Shown here piece by piece: positions 26,030-41,059 of a stretch of 64,000 bases of DNA (within the stretch, counting starts at the first letter, position 1; each line of letters begins with the position of its first letter). The position numbers were made by a program, and so were the translations under genes. Source of the DNA: Felis catus. Its lineage: Eukaryota. The stretch lies in the NCBI RefSeq assembly GCF_018350175.1, contig NC_058368.1, forward strand, positions 121,088,001 through 121,152,000, read 5' to 3'. The notes beneath the pieces were generated by a model. The model was not told where the DNA came from, ran no database searches, and was given only the letters and a program-made list of their open reading frames with translations.

Positions 26030-28324
26030 TACATAACCTTGTTTAAATCCCAAAACAGCTTCTCTGCTGTGGCTGGGGCATATGTTATCATTACTTCATC
26101 TGCCAGAAACAGAAACTGGATAAAGGTTAGAGTTTAGGGTCACCCAGCTAGTTAGTGGGAGAGGCGTGAAATTAAACGAGGCCTAATACACAGTGAACCT
26201 TCCACTATGATTGGGCACCACTGCCTGGCAGCTGGTTTAGCATCAGAGGAAAATAATCAGAAGTAGTCTACTCCAGGTGCTCAATGATCATTTATCTATT
26301 AATTGCCCAGAAAGACAATTTGGATAAAAGAAGGCTGGCAAAAGCTATCATTTTTGTCACAGGCAGTTTACACACATTATTTCATTTTAATTCTCAAAAC
26401 AATACCATGAGGTAAATACTGCTTTTTCCCTTTCACATGTGAAAAATAAGGCCCGGATAAACTAAGTAATCTGCTCAAAATCACCCAGCTAGTTAGCACT
26501 GAGATTATAATCTACCCACAGATATTTTCTATTGCCTTCTAAACCTGCCTACCTAACCTACCCTTGAATGACCTCAGAATTACTCAAATCCAACCCTTTC
26601 TATTGCCCAGGTGCAAAGAGAAAGACTTCAGGGGTGAAAGTGACTTCCCCATAAGACAAAGGGGCCCCTGGTCCAAGCCTGCAGAGCACTCCTTGGGCTC
26701 TTTGCCCAAAGACTTACACTGCTTCATCATGTGATCAAACCTGCAAAGAAAATGACAGGAAGTCTTATCCAAGACAGCAACAAGTGCCGAAGGGGAAGGA
26801 GAGCAGTGAAAAGGCTGAAGAGCAGGAAAAGGGGGGCCTTCTACTTGATGAACTTGAGCTTCAAGTCTCTGGAACCCCAGGAAGTGGTATATGTTACCCA
26901 GGGTGTGGGTCTCCCATATCTCACACAGGTACCTGCATGCACACGTGTGGGGGGAGGGGGGAGGGGAGGGGGTTGGCTGATTGATTTCACAGAAAAGGGT
27001 CCATTACTTACGTTATTAAAGATATCTGTGGCCCCAAAAGACACTGGATGAGAACAGAGACTCTATGAGAACAGGAATATGATCTATTTCAGTCACTCCT
27101 GTATCTCTACCACTAGCACAGTGTATGACATATAGTAGGCACTCAATAAATTTTTGCTGAATGAATGAATGATTAGGAAGCTGAACCTCGCTCCCTAGGG
27201 GGCCAATTAAGAAAATAAACCTTATTTTGTTTGGAGAATGATCTATGAAGGGAACAGATGATCAGTTCTCTCTGGTCAGCCCTCAGTAGCCTTGACACTT
27301 CATCATGCCCATCCTGGCAACTGCAATCTTGATGAGTAATCAAAAAAACTGAGTTTTAAGTATTCATTCATTCATTCATTTTTGCTCCAGAAAAAAAATG
27401 CTCAAAATTATGGCCACTGGTTTCTTGAAGTTTAACTTTCAGATAGTGTCCATTAGGTAGGATCAAGTTTAGCTATTCTGTTCCTTGCAAGGGGCCTCAC
27501 TTACAGAGCACCCCTCAAGCAAGGAAGGTATCTGAGCCTCACACAGATCCCTTGAATTGTGTGTTTGTGTGTGTGAATAGAAATTTTTGTGCCAAGATAA
27601 AATGCAAGTCTGAAAGTATTTCCTTGACTAGTCCTAGTCTGTTCGTTTTGCATTCATCAATACACCCTGAATGAATATTACAAATACACTGTAAGTTGTA
27701 GGAAGATTACTAAATTATGGAGGAGATCTGAAATGTAACCACCAGAGGAGGAGACTGATAAAAGCTTTCAAGTTCTAATTGCTTCACTAAATTATTAGTA
27801 AAATTCCCAAAGAATATGAACTCAGAAACTTCACACTTTAACATAATTTTAAGATTTTCTTACTAAGCCAAAGAGCATTGACTGAAACAATAGTGAACAT
27901 TCTTCATTTAAGAGGTTTTGAGTACCTACCATGCCAGGCACTGTTCTAGGCACTGAGGATATAGTAATGAAATAAAATTGCAGCCTCTTACAGAGTTTAC
28001 GTGTTAGTTGGGGAAAAAAACAAGAAAAAAATAAACATATCAGGAGAAAATAAATCAAACTAAGGGATAATAGGGAGATGAGAAATTGTGGAAAGGTGTC
28101 ATCATAAAATACTTAAGGGTCACTCAACAGACAATGCTTGTAAATAACAAGTAAAATGAAGGTTTTATTAGCCAAACACAAGAGATCCTGAATGGGAAAA
28201 GAAATGAGAGGTTTGTTTACAATAACTAAATACCATGACATGAAGGGCATATATTTTAACTTTTTTAAAATGAAAGATTTATTATGTTGAGGCTCCCCCT
28301 ATCTGGCATTACTTGAAATGATCT

Positions 28325-28342
28325 GACGCCACCTTGTGGTAA
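28325..28342 (-). promoter_or_regulatory. Candidate CTCF binding site
   Basis: Minus strand TTACCACAAGGTGGCGTC closely matches the CTCF core CCASYAGRKGGCR and retains a CpG in non-repeat intronic DNA. Confidence 0.5.
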
Positions 28343-30494
28343 TTTGAATATTCATGATTTAATTCACGAACATTTTTCTGAACCCTGGTTCACAAGGGGT
28401 TGAGAGAGGGAACACTCTCAAAGACGGTCATCAACAGGAATGCCAATTTGGGGAGGCAGGAAGCAGTGGACAGGTTTCTCTGGACATTTTTTCCAATGCG
28501 GTGTGACACTGGAACGGATCAAGCTAGGTCAGGATTAAGACCATCAAAGACTTACTGAGTATGCACTGTTCTACTATGCCGATGCCTGTATTAGAGGCTG
28601 CCATATGTATTATCTCATTTAGTACTTCCCCAAGTGAATAAACCAATCAGCAACTATTAAGATAAGGAATCTGTGCATGAAAGGCATAATGGCAATGGCA
28701 TAAACAGGGTCACACGGATTTTCCAATCCCCACTCCACGCTGGGGACTCTCGTGGAAGCAAAGTGGTGTGAACACCCAGGTATCTGCCCAAAATGCGTGC
28801 CATCTCTGAACTTGGCTCAGTGGATCATAAGCTGCAGTCGCACAAAAATAATTACCACATGGGGGGCTGTGTACAGTCACCACATATGCCATATATTCTG
28901 GCTGACTTAAGGGATCTTCCAAGGTATACTTCACTTCATTTTGAACTTATTCATGAGTTTACGTTCTTTACCAAATGTGTAAACTAACTCCTTTTCCTTT
29001 TCCTGAGATACAAATCTATTGCAAATACCACAGTCTAACAAGGGTAAAATGGAGACTCTTCTACATTGTCATATACCTTGCTTTCAATTACTTTTTACAC
29101 ATCAATGGGTAAGAGGCCTAAATAAGTAAATAAATAAAAGGTTAGAGGCCAAAAACTGCAAAACACTGGGTAAAAAGAGAAAATACACATTAAGACAAAC
29201 ACAGAGCTATGAAAAGTGAGAGGCCAAAAAATGGAATCCATCCAATTACAGGAATTAACAGTCACTCTATTTGTGGGAAGAGTTTCATGACGATATGGTT
29301 ATTTACCTTTCTTACTTACAAGGGAAAATTATACAAGCTTTCATAAAGCTTACTGTTAAGAGTAAGGACTTTTTAAAATACCAACTTTCCAAAAGGCTCA
29401 GAAGTTAATGCCTGCCTTTTATAATACCCCCTCCCAAAAAAGAGTCAATGACCTCCAAAGGAGCCATTGTGTACCAACTTCTAAATGGCATCCAAGAGAG
29501 CACAAGGAAGCAACTCAGCGACAGAGCTGTGTTAGTCCTACAAAGGCCAAGAGGACCTAAAATAAGTCTGTATGTTAACATTTCTGTTTCATAAGCATTA
29601 TGAGAATCTTTGCTCCTCAGGCTGCTTCCAAACATCCACATGCAAAGCAGGGGAGCTGCAGAAAAGAGATGTGGCATTTTAGTTAAACAAAAACATCACC
29701 AGGGACTGTGCCAAGTTTCCTTTATGACCTACATGCAATAGTCTATCTTAGAGGAAAGCAAAGTTTATTTCATACAAAGATCAAATGAATCATCAATTAG
29801 TCAAAATTTCAATGTTCAAGGACAAAACATTTTTAAGTCAATAAATTTCTGAATGCTTGTGCATCAGCCTTTCAGGACAATGGGATGATGAAGGAGAAAG
29901 AACAAAGGACAAGCAGACACACAGCCCATGATGCTGCCATCTCTGGAGCCGGGGCGATGGACCACCAGAGGACACGCAAGGCTGTTCTGCCTGGAACAAG
30001 TTATGATTCTAAACAAAGGCCAACGACGTCACATCACCTTTATTCATTCAAAAATGTCCTAATAATTGGCAATGACAACGTGAAGTTTCTTTGAAAGAAA
30101 ATAATTGTGACACAAAGGAAAAGCCTCGTATCTCAACATTAAATGCATACATAAACCAGATGCATTTAAAGATAAAAAGTCTACAAAATAACTGACCAGT
30201 ACTCTTTCAAAAGTGCCAGGGTCGGTCCGGAAATTTAAAAAAATAGAGGATCTGTCCCACACTGGGGGGAGACTAAGACAGGACAACTAAATGCAATGTG
30301 GGATCCTGGACTGACTCCTAGACTGGAAAAAATGCTATTAGTTGACTACTGCCAAATCTGAATAAAGTCTGTAGATCAGTTAACATTTTATCGATGCTAA
30401 TTCCCTGGCTTTAAAAACTATACAGTGGTTTGGGGAAGTTGGGTAAAGGCTACCCTGGAATTCTTTGTTTTGCAACATTTTTTAAGTCAAATTA

Positions 30495-30828
30495 CACTTG
30501 AGCCTTGAACAACAGGGGTTTATACAGTGTGGGTCCACTTCCATGTGGGTTTTTTTCCAATCAGGACAGTACTGTAAATGCATCCTTATGCCTTTCTCAA
30601 CATTTTTTTCTCTAGCTCTCCAACCATCAAAATACAGATATAATATATATATATATAACATACAAGATACGTGTTAATTGACTGTTCATTTCATCTGTAA
30701 GGTTTACAGTCAACAGCAGGCTACTAGTAGTTAAATTGGGGGGGGGGGGGTCTAAAGTCACATAGATGCAGATTTTCAACTGTGTGGGGGCCAGTGTCCC
30801 TAAACATCATGTTGTTTAGGGTCAACTG
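30495..30828 (+). mobile_element. Tigger2-like (TcMar-Tigger) non-autonomous DNA transposon
   Basis: TIR-like ends cacttgagccttgaacaac ... gttgtttagggtcaactg flanked by TA on both sides; inserted in an old L1 3' fragment (~30150-30890). Confidence 0.8.
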
Positions 30829-31262
30829 TATTTCTAAACGAAAACTTAAGAAAAAAAAAAAAGTTAAAATGAAAATACAGAATGTTGGAAACAATTGAGT
30901 TTTAAAACCCAAGAGACTTCAGTCTGAAACCCATCTGTGAGAGTCTTGGGCAAAATGCTTTAATCTCAGCCTGCCTTAGTTTCTCCATCTGTGAAAATAG
31001 GGGGAATAAATCCATCTCAGAGAGTTGTCACAGAAATTAAAGGGAACAATTTTATGTAAAGTGTAACACCTGGCATCATGCAGGTTCTCAATAAACAGTA
31101 GCAGTTTCTTGCTGATGAAGAATGAAAGGCTACATTTTTTAAAACTCAGTTTCAGGACTTCAGTGCTTATCTTGCAATTTACTGTGGTGTGGTATTAAAG
31201 CATACTCCTAGTATCCATCTACAAACTAAATATATGTAGGTGATGATTTAAGAGTCTTTAGA

Positions 31263-31685
31263 GGGGTGCCTGGGTGGCTCAGTTGGTTGAGCGTCCGACT
31301 ACGGCTCAGGTCATGAGCTTGCGGTCTGTGAGTTTGAGCCCTGCGTCAGGCTCTGTGCTGACAGCTCAGAGCCTGGAGCCTGTCGCAGATTCTGTGTCTC
31401 CTTCTCTCGCTGACCCTTCCCCATTCATGCTCTGTCTCTGTCTCAAAAATAAATAAACGTTAAAAAAAAAAAAAAAGAATCATTAGAACAGGGGCACCTG
31501 ACTCAGTCGGCTGAGCATCAGACTTTGGCTCGAGCCCCACATCGGGCTCTTTGCTGACAGCTCAGAGCTTGGAGCCTGCTTCGCATTCTGTGTCTCCTCT
31601 CTCTCTCTGCCCCTCCCCGACTCACACTCTGTCTCTCTCAAAAATAAACATAAAAATTTTTTTTTAATAAATAAATAAAATAAAA
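31263..31685 (+). mobile_element. Two tandem Can-SINEs (31263-31475, 31491-31685)
   Basis: Two consecutive head-to-tail copies; related flanks aagagtctttaga / aagaatcattaga / aaaatcattaaa. Confidence 0.9.
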
Positions 31686-31879
31686 ATCATTAAAAGATAT
31701 TTCTTTTCCTAGAATAAAACTTCAAAGCTCATGCTTTCCCAATTCAGAGTCCATGTGACAAGAACTCCTGACAATCCCTCCCTACTAGCATTAGGGAAGG
31801 CATTGAGTCAGGAAAGTACTAGAGAGTACTGACGTTTTTGAAAAGGCAACAAAGTCTTTCTAAGCACTCTAAAAGCTCT

Positions 31880-31995
31880 CATAGATTAAGAATTAAAAAT
31901 GGGTGCCTGGTTGGCTCAGTCAGTGGAGTGTGTGATCTCAGGGTTGTGAGTTCGACCCCATGGTGGGTGTCGAGATTACTTAAAAATAAAATATT
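31880..31995 (+). mobile_element. Short old Can-SINE (tRNA head plus tail)
   Basis: gggtgcctggttggctcagtc...gagttcgacccc...gagattacttaaaaataaaa. Confidence 0.8.
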
Positions 31996-34900
31996 ATTTA
32001 AAAAGATAGGATCCTTTCCTCACACTCTGCATCTGTAACATGCCCCTGAGAAAGCATTTATCACAAAAATTAATGTATTTCCTCTGTCCCCTTGAGGGCT
32101 GGGGCCATGTTTTATTTATCTCATCTCCTAGAGGTAAAAAGATGCACAAACTTACTCTAAGTGTCCATTAGTAGACCTAGGAAAAGTTTTACTACCAGTA
32201 CTTTAATAGTTAAGAATCATCCTACCTTTTATAAACTTATTAAGCCACAACCACCAATAGATAAGTTTCCAAGTACAGTTTATGATTTAAATAACATTTA
32301 AAAAACAAGTCAGAATTCAAATGTGCACCTTTATTCCTGTTCTTTCTTCTCTTTATTACTCCAAGTTGGTAAAGGTTTCTGCAGACTACTCCTCTCAGCT
32401 TTTTATTTTCAGGTTCATGGAATAAATGTAAGAAATTATTATTGTTAGTATTACTCTCAAGATTTTTAACAAGTACTGTACTTCAAAAGCACCTACTGTG
32501 TGCCAATGCATGCAACTATGTGCGTTATCCTCTTAATTTCCCCCAACAATTCCAGAAGACAGTGACTATTATCTTACTCTGGAGATGAGGAAACCGAGGC
32601 ATAGAAAAAGAGCTGACTTGCCCAAACTCACACAGCTAGAAGCACTTGGTCCCCCCGGCTGATGTCAGAGCCCGTACTCTTCCCGTTTGCACCATTCTGC
32701 TTCGTGTCGTACCTAATCTTCTTCTAGGAGAATTGAGGATAGGAAGATAAAAGAAAGACTATTACAGCGTAAGTAAAAAGATAAACAACCATTATGTTAA
32801 ACGAGGCTTATCATTCATCAAAACATGGATTTTGGAAATATGGGTTTACCCCAAGTATTTCAGGAGCTCTGCAGGAAGAGATGTTCTACACAACTAAGTG
32901 TCAGATTTGCAAGGGAGAAAAGATAGGATCAGAAATGGAAACATTATTAATTGCCCAATCAACTTTCTACTCTAAATGGAAATAGCCATTCATAAATCGC
33001 CTTTATGAGTGTAAGGGTAAACACTCAAACCATTTGTTCAGCACATCAGGCTCCTGGCGAGAATAAATAAAACCCGAGGCCGCTGTGTTGAAGCAAAGAA
33101 ATTATTTTGATCTGTCCATTTTATTACAATACCCTAAGTAAGGGCATGTTACTGAGACCCACAACAACTTCAGTGTGAAATCACATAGGGCCAAATTCCT
33201 GAATACTGCCATTTCCTTATCCACTCAGCAAGGATTTGGTGAGCACCTACTATGTTCCAGGATCTCTTTGGGTGCTTGTGATGCATGAGGAATAAATGGT
33301 AGAGTGTAAGCCCATGAACCTCACACTCTATTCACCATGATTCTTTGGCCTACAGCACAGAAAGAAAATTAACCTGAACAACTCTATAGTACAAAAAACT
33401 CTTAATGTCTCTGGCCTTATTTGAGAATAAACAAGAAAATCCAGTCAACACAAAGGCCCTCTGGGTCCTTTTTAATAACTTTAAGTTTCAAATAGACAAA
33501 ACTGAACAAGTGTTTGAATCTAGCTGGTGAACGCAAGCTCAGTAAATAGACTGGCATGAGCTTGTTAGAGATGAGTGAGCTTCTAGACTGCTACACTCAC
33601 CCATGCAACTTTGTGTTCTCTTTGTAGCTGGTTTTAAATAAAGGAAAGGAAACAGCTATAAGTGATAAGACCTAGAAAGGTAAGAGATCATACAAAGAAA
33701 GAAACCAAAATACACTGTCAGGCACACTGACAATATACCTCATTGAAACTACAGTTTAGCATCTGATACATAAACCATTTTGGGTTTCACAGCATACCTA
33801 CATAAGAGTTCATTGGGAAACACTATATTCCATGAACAAAGAGTACTCTGCGGTGTTTGTTTTCAAGGTACCACTCAGCTTTGAAAGCATGTAGCTAATA
33901 TTTTGCCTGTGGTATCCAACAGGCAGGTGTAAGAAGAGCAAACATTCCTCAGGTTTTAAAAATAGTAGTATATTATAACTTGGAAGGCAAGTCCTAACAT
34001 ACCAAAAGACGTAGATCAGTAGACTCTATTTAAAATAGAACATTCTCAGTGCTGAAGCAGCTTCAAACATACCATTGTGAAAAATCAGATTAAATGCTTC
34101 CCAGAGATCCTCATATGATTGTCCCTTCTGCCAAGTGCCTTCCTTTGAAAAAAAATACATACAGACTAAAAGAAATATAAAAGTGTGTTTAGCCAAAAAG
34201 ATCATTCTTACTATCTTGCACTTATAAAAAGCTAATGCTTGTCAGACTGTTACACATTTGATCCTCACAACACTCCTAGGAGATAGGTGGTAAGGTGCAT
34301 GGCATTGCTGTTTCACAGATATGAAATTAAGACAGCAGGTTTGCTGTATAGAGTTGTGCATGTTGCTCACTGCACAAGGTCTTCCAATCTAGCAGGCCGG
34401 TGGGCACAGGGCTACAGCCACCTAGAGGAAGGAGTGCTGAGACAGAACAGGCACCAGACTTGGGCCCCCACACCCAGGAAATGGCTAACAAGCCACAATA
34501 ACCCAGTCTTCTAGCATCGCCTGCAGGTGCTGCTTGCCATCAGAAACTAAGGCCAAATGCCAGAAGCCCCAAGCTCCAAACAAGCCCCCATGACCCAGTT
34601 TTCAACGAGTCTGATCCAGTTCAGACACTGTGCTAACCTTCCAGCACCAAAAGGGATGGACACTCCCCTGTAAAAACCCAACCACCTGAGCCAAGATAGA
34701 CCCAGTGATGAATTTCCACTGAGTTTTCCCCTTATTCTAATACTAAAAATCACCCAGGGATAGGAACTTAACACGCTACTTAGACATGCAACTCAAGAAG
34801 AAGCAAGAAGCATTGACCTTTAAGTGCACAAGCCACCCCCCCCAAAAAAAAAAACAGAACAAAAGAAAAACCCACCCCTACACATTTGGACATCACCCTT

Positions 34901-35165
34901 TTCAGCCCAGGCCTCCTTAAAACCCTCCCAGACCTCTCCTTGGGAACCCAGCCTACAGACCCTGTGCTGTCTCCCTTCTGCTGGAGCCAACCCAATAAAG
35001 CTTTGCCAGGAACTCCCACTCAGCCCTACTCAATTTCTATGGCTACCCCAAGAGCCTGATTGGGTAACAGCCATTCTTGCTAATTTGCATAAATGCCCCC
35101 ATTTACTTTCCACTAGCCCCATTTACTGGGAGCTCGTGGGGTCGACCACTAAGATGGTGCCTCTT

Positions 35166-35497
35166 TCTTTTTTTTCGATTTTATCTAAATCCAAGTTAGT
35201 TAACATAGAGTGTAATAATGGTTTCAGGAGTCTAATTTAGTGATTCATCACTTACATATGACACCCAGTGCTCATCCCAACAAGTGCCCTCCTTAATGCC
35301 CATCACCCATTTAGAAGATCCCCCCACCCCACACCTCTCCAGCAACGCTCAGTTTGTTCTCTGTAATTAAGAGTATCTTGCGGTGTGCTTCCCTCTCTTT
35401 TTCTCTTATTTTTCCTTCCCTTCCCCTGTGTTCATTGTTGTGTTTCTTAAATTGCACCTATAAGTGAAATCATATATTTATCTTTCTCTGACTGCCT
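35166..35497 (-). mobile_element. Carnivore L1 3' end
   Basis: Reverse complement of the L1 3' UTR (acccagtgctcatcccaacaagtgccctcc); degenerate TSD agatggtgcctctt / agatgatacctctt. Confidence 0.88.
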
Positions 35498-35776
35498 TTA
35501 GATGATACCTCTTCCTAATTTGCACTAGGGCCTGATACAGACTGGTGAAAACTGTGTCCCTAGGCCACCCAAAAACTGCTTTTAAAGGGGAAGGCACAAT
35601 GATGGCCATCCATCTACTGACTTCCAGTTCATGGCTTCAAGTAATGTAAGGTGAAAATTCTCACAGCAAATGGATTTATTGACATCTCATAATTTAGTGA
35701 CTCACATAGCCCCTTCCAGGGATCTCTAAGGCACTCTCTGAAGGAGTGCTTTGTGAACAGAAAGAATGGAAGTGTA

Positions 35777-36016
35777 TGCGGCTCAGGAGTGGCTGAGCCG
35801 GTTGAGCGGTTGAGCGTCTGACTTCGGCTCAGGTCATGATCTCACAGTCCATGAGTTCAAGCCCTGCACTGAGCTCTGTGTTGACAACTCAGAGCCTGGA
35901 GCCTGCCTTAGATTCTGTGTCTCCCTCTCTCTCTCTGCCCCTCCCCTGCTCACACTCTCTCTCTCTCTCTCAAAAATAAATAAATATTTTTTAAAAATAA
36001 ATTAAAAAAAAAAGAA
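35777..36016 (+). mobile_element. Can-SINE
   Basis: TSD agaaagaatggaagtgta; internal 8-nt duplication ggttgagc. Confidence 0.92.
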
Positions 36017-37326
36017 AGAAAGAATGGAAGTGTAGTATCATCTGCAGTGCTTACATCATTCCACTGCTAGGTCTTTTCTGAAAATGTTCTCCTTTCCCTG
36101 AAACCCTACCTTCCAAAATATCCTCCTCAGGCCTTATTTACTATGTGCCAGGCACTTTGCCAAGTTTTTTACAAGCAATCTTCCACACTGTAACTGAATG
36201 CAGCTAAGTGACTTCAGCTAGAAGACACTGGCACACAAAAACCACCCAGCTGAGCCCAGTCAACAGAATTATGAGAATGAAAGGTCTACCACTGCTTTAA
36301 TCCACTGCATCACAGGGGTGATTTGTTACATAGCAACAGAAACCTGAGACACTATATTCTCTCACTGTACCACACATCAAAGCTATACCCCTACATCAGG
36401 CACAACGGTCCACCAAGATAAAATAAGTCCTGAGAATAGACAGAAGAAAACTGAAATTGGATAAAGAGCACAGCAAAGATGATTCTGGAACATTTTATCC
36501 CCTCAGTAGTCATCGGAATGCCTATTATGTGGAAGGCAGCACAGTCTGGGGGACTAGGGGTGTAGACTTAGGATTCAGATGTGCTGAAATCTTGGCTCTC
36601 CCAGCTGCTGGCCATGGGAACTTGGAAAAGATTCTCAAATCCTCTGAATCTCAGGTTTTCTACGTAATGAAATGGAAGTCAGTCCTAACTGCTTGCAGCT
36701 GCTGGAAGAGGTAAATACAATAACGTATGAAAGCACTTCCTCCCCCTCTCTTCTTGCCTGAGAAAGTCCTACTCACACATCAGCCATCATTTCACACAGG
36801 CCATTTGTTTGACAAAGCCTTTCCTCGTGGCCACCGTGCGGGACCTTAGCAGGCCTTCCCCGCTATATTTGGTCCCAGTAACATAAACTTTCTCTGTAAA
36901 TACATATCATCAATTTTAAGTATGTATTCATCTGTTGGCCATTTATTAACATCAGCCTCCCAAGACACCATCAGCCCCACGAAAAGAGGGTCTATCTGTT
37001 GTGTCCTAGCACCAAGCCCAGTACAAAGAAGAAAAGCATTTAGCCCAGAAGTATGACCACGTGAACAATACTCTCTAAAAGAGAGCATGCCATTGTGCTA
37101 TGTGCTTCTGCAGGCATGAGTCTAATGAGAGAAAAAGAGATGTGCAGCAGTAACTATTCAATGCTGGAGAAGATAGTCAATGATTTTGATCTGGATCAAG
37201 TAACCTTCCAGGTCTGACAAGGCAAAGATCAGCTCCTGAGGAGTGCAATCCAGAAGGCATTCCAAGGGAGCAGTGGCATTAGAGAATCCACACTCCCAAC
37301 TTCCTAAGAAAAAATGGAGAGTTGTT

Positions 37327-37507
37327 GGGGTGCCTGGGTGGCTCAGTCGGTTGAGTGTCTGACTTCGGCTCAGGTCATGATCTCACAGTTTGTGGGTTTG
37401 AGCTCCGCTTTAGGCTCTGTGCTGACACCTCGGAGCCTGGAGCCTGTTTGAGATTCTGTGTCTCCCTCTCTCTCAAAAGTAAATAAACATAAATTTTTTT
37501 TTTTTTT
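37327..37507 (+). mobile_element. Can-SINE
   Basis: TSD aatggagagttg. Confidence 0.92.
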
Positions 37508-37818
37508 AATGGAGAGTTGGCTGTTTCTCTTTTGGGCCCAGAAGTCTGGCCTAAGGCAAAGTCTACACCAGATCCACAATTCAAGCTTTCATTCATTTAG
37601 TCATTCATCAGTTATCCGATTTTTAGTGAGCACCTACTAGCTGCCAGGCACTATTCTAGATACTGAAGATCTATCAACAAGCTGACATTCTCCCCCAAAA
37701 AAGACTTCTATGGCAACAGCATGTTACCCAGAGTCCTACAATCCTTGGCTTGGGTCCCGAACTGTATCATCTCCTCATGTGAAGGTCAGGTCTTATCACT
37801 TAAAAAATTAACTTCCTC

Positions 37819-38035
37819 GGGACCTGGGTGGCTCACTCCATTGAGCGACTGACTTCAGCTCAGGTCATGATCTTGTCATTCATGAATCCAAGCCCAGGGT
37901 TGAGCTCTGTGCTGAAAGCTCAGAGCCTGGAGCCTGCTTCAGATTCTGTATCTGCACACAGCACCCCGCCCCCCCCCACCCCCGCTGTCCTGCGCGCGCA
38001 CTCTCTCAAAAATAAACATTAATTTAAAAAAAAAA
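37819..38035 (+). mobile_element. Can-SINE
   Basis: TSD taacttcctc. Confidence 0.9.
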
Positions 38036-38629
38036 CTAACTTCCTCTCCCCTTATCTCCCTTTGATGGCTTGTGGGTTGTAAAAGGAGTGCACTGCTTGG
38101 TGGCTGCTACCCAAGGCAAGTTACAAGTCTGGCAAACCTTGTCTAAGAACATGAAAGCTGAAGGGGAACCTAAAATATCTTCTGATACAACACTCTTAGA
38201 AGCAGAAACTGCGTCTGAAGAGAAGAGACGCTTGACCAAGTGAAGGCACTGAAGGCAGAGACAGACAAGAGTCCAGGAGTCCCAGCTCCCTGGCCTGGGT
38301 GCTTTCAATTTCTCAACGAAATTTCCCCTTCTATTACCATGAGCACAGTCCTCGGAGGAGCCCTGAGAAAAGAGGGCCAATGAACACCGAGACTGGGGTG
38401 TAGTTAGAGCAGCACAAACAACTACAACACTTTAGAGGCCTTCCATCAGTGACTTTCCATGAATTATCTCACTTGAGTCCTCGCAACTAACCCTTTCACT
38501 TAGTACTATTATGTCCCCATTTCACAGATCACAAAACCAAGGCACAGAGAGGGTAAGCAATCTGCCCCAAGTCCCACAGCCACCTCCACTGGGATGATAG
38601 AGCCACAATGCTGGGAAACCTAGGGTGAT

Positions 38630-39600
<971 letters not shown>

Positions 39601-40349
39601 GAAATTCCTATGCTCCTTAAAGTTGAAACACCATGAAGCCTTTGTTGCTACAAAGACGCACGAAAAGAATATGACCGCTTTCCACTGACCTGTACAGATT
39701 TTGCAAGAACAAGCAAGTGAATCCACTTACTCAATAAGTTAGTCAACATATTCCTGGAAAGCCACTCCGCGCCAAGCACTGTGGCAGGCGTGGTCCCTGC
39801 TGTCAGGTGGGATGAGTGAGCCCGGCTATGTAACATCCAATGAACAAAATAGGAAAACAGACAGGATAAGGGATTAAGGTTATGGGACTGGGGCCCGATG
39901 TTAGCTAGCATGAATGAGGAAGGTCTCTGAGGTGGTGACTCTGACATTTATAAATTTATAATCTTGCTGGCCACCGACACGCACAGTCATACTGGTGTTA
40001 CAAATCTTACACTCGGGTAAATCCAGCTCTCCATTACTCACAGCTTCACTCCCACCCCTGCAAGAGACTGGAGGCAAATCTACACCCAATATAACAGGCC
40101 TCCTTTTAAGTTCATAACCACTAACCTCCAGGGGCCTTTTAATGGTGCTGGACCAAAAAAAAAAAAAAAAACCCTCCATTTCTCTAATCCACTAACTGTC
40201 CCACAGTCTTCTCACCTCAAACCCCCAACACTTCCCAACCTTATTCTCAGGCGACTACCTTGCTTCCTTTTTCACTTAGTAAATAGGAAACCTGCCTCTA
40301 CCACATCTATTTACCCACCTGTCCAAATGCCCTGCCTTCTCTCCTACTT

Positions 40350-40512
40350 TTTGTTTTGTTTCGTTTTGTTTTAAGTAGGCAAAAACACAGCAAAAACACA
40401 GGGCTTGAACTCATGACCCTGAGATCAAGACCTGAGCTGACCAAAAAAAAAAAAAAGACCTGAGCTGAGATCAAGAGTCTGACTCTTAACTGACTGGGCC
40501 CATCCAGGCACC
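40350..40512 (-). mobile_element. Short old Can-SINE carrying a tiny poly(A) insertion
   Basis: Reverse tRNA-like head (gggcttgaactcatgaccctgagatcaagacctgagctga); internal 14-bp duplication around an A-run. Confidence 0.8.
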
Positions 40513-40648
40513 TCTCTCTCCTATTCTTGTGTGTGAACTGCCAGCACTTAGTTTAGGGCCAGTTTCTCCACTTGACCACTGAATCCAGCAGTGGGCTAGC
40601 AAATGGTTAACCAACAGCTCTCCTTTAAAAAAAAAAAAAAAAACACCA

Positions 40649-40855
40649 GGGACCCCTGGGTGGCTCTCAGTCGTCTCAGGTCGTGATCTTGTTGTCTTGC
40701 CCTGCATTGGACTCTGTGCTGACACCTCAGAGCCTGGAGCCTGTTTTGGATTCTGTGACTCACTCTCTCTCTCTGCCTCTCCCCTGATCACTCTTTCTCT
40801 CTCCCTCCCTCTCTCTCTCTCTCTCTCTTTCAAAAAATAAATAAACATTAAAGAA
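40649..40855 (+). mobile_element. Can-SINE
   Basis: Head with internal deletions, (CT)n body, aaataaataaac tail. Confidence 0.88.
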
Positions 40856-41059
40856 CAACCCAGACAAGGCCATGACTGCTAATAATTGCAGTTTCTGCTG
40901 TGTAAATACTCCCACCACGGCCAACTTCAAACTAGCAATGTGATGTCACAAAACATGGGGTTAGGAAGACAAGTGCAGGAAGGCACTACTGTGTGGCATT
41001 TCCACAATCCACATGTAGTAGACATAACTGCAAGAACATAGTTAATGGAGCCAATGCAA

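Noticed and set aside
28550..28672. Possible 115-nt cassette exon in intron 1 (donor TCA|GTAAGT at 28555-28550)
   Set aside because: The donor is good but the acceptor polypyrimidine tract is weak and the region looks MIR-like; unsupported without transcript data.
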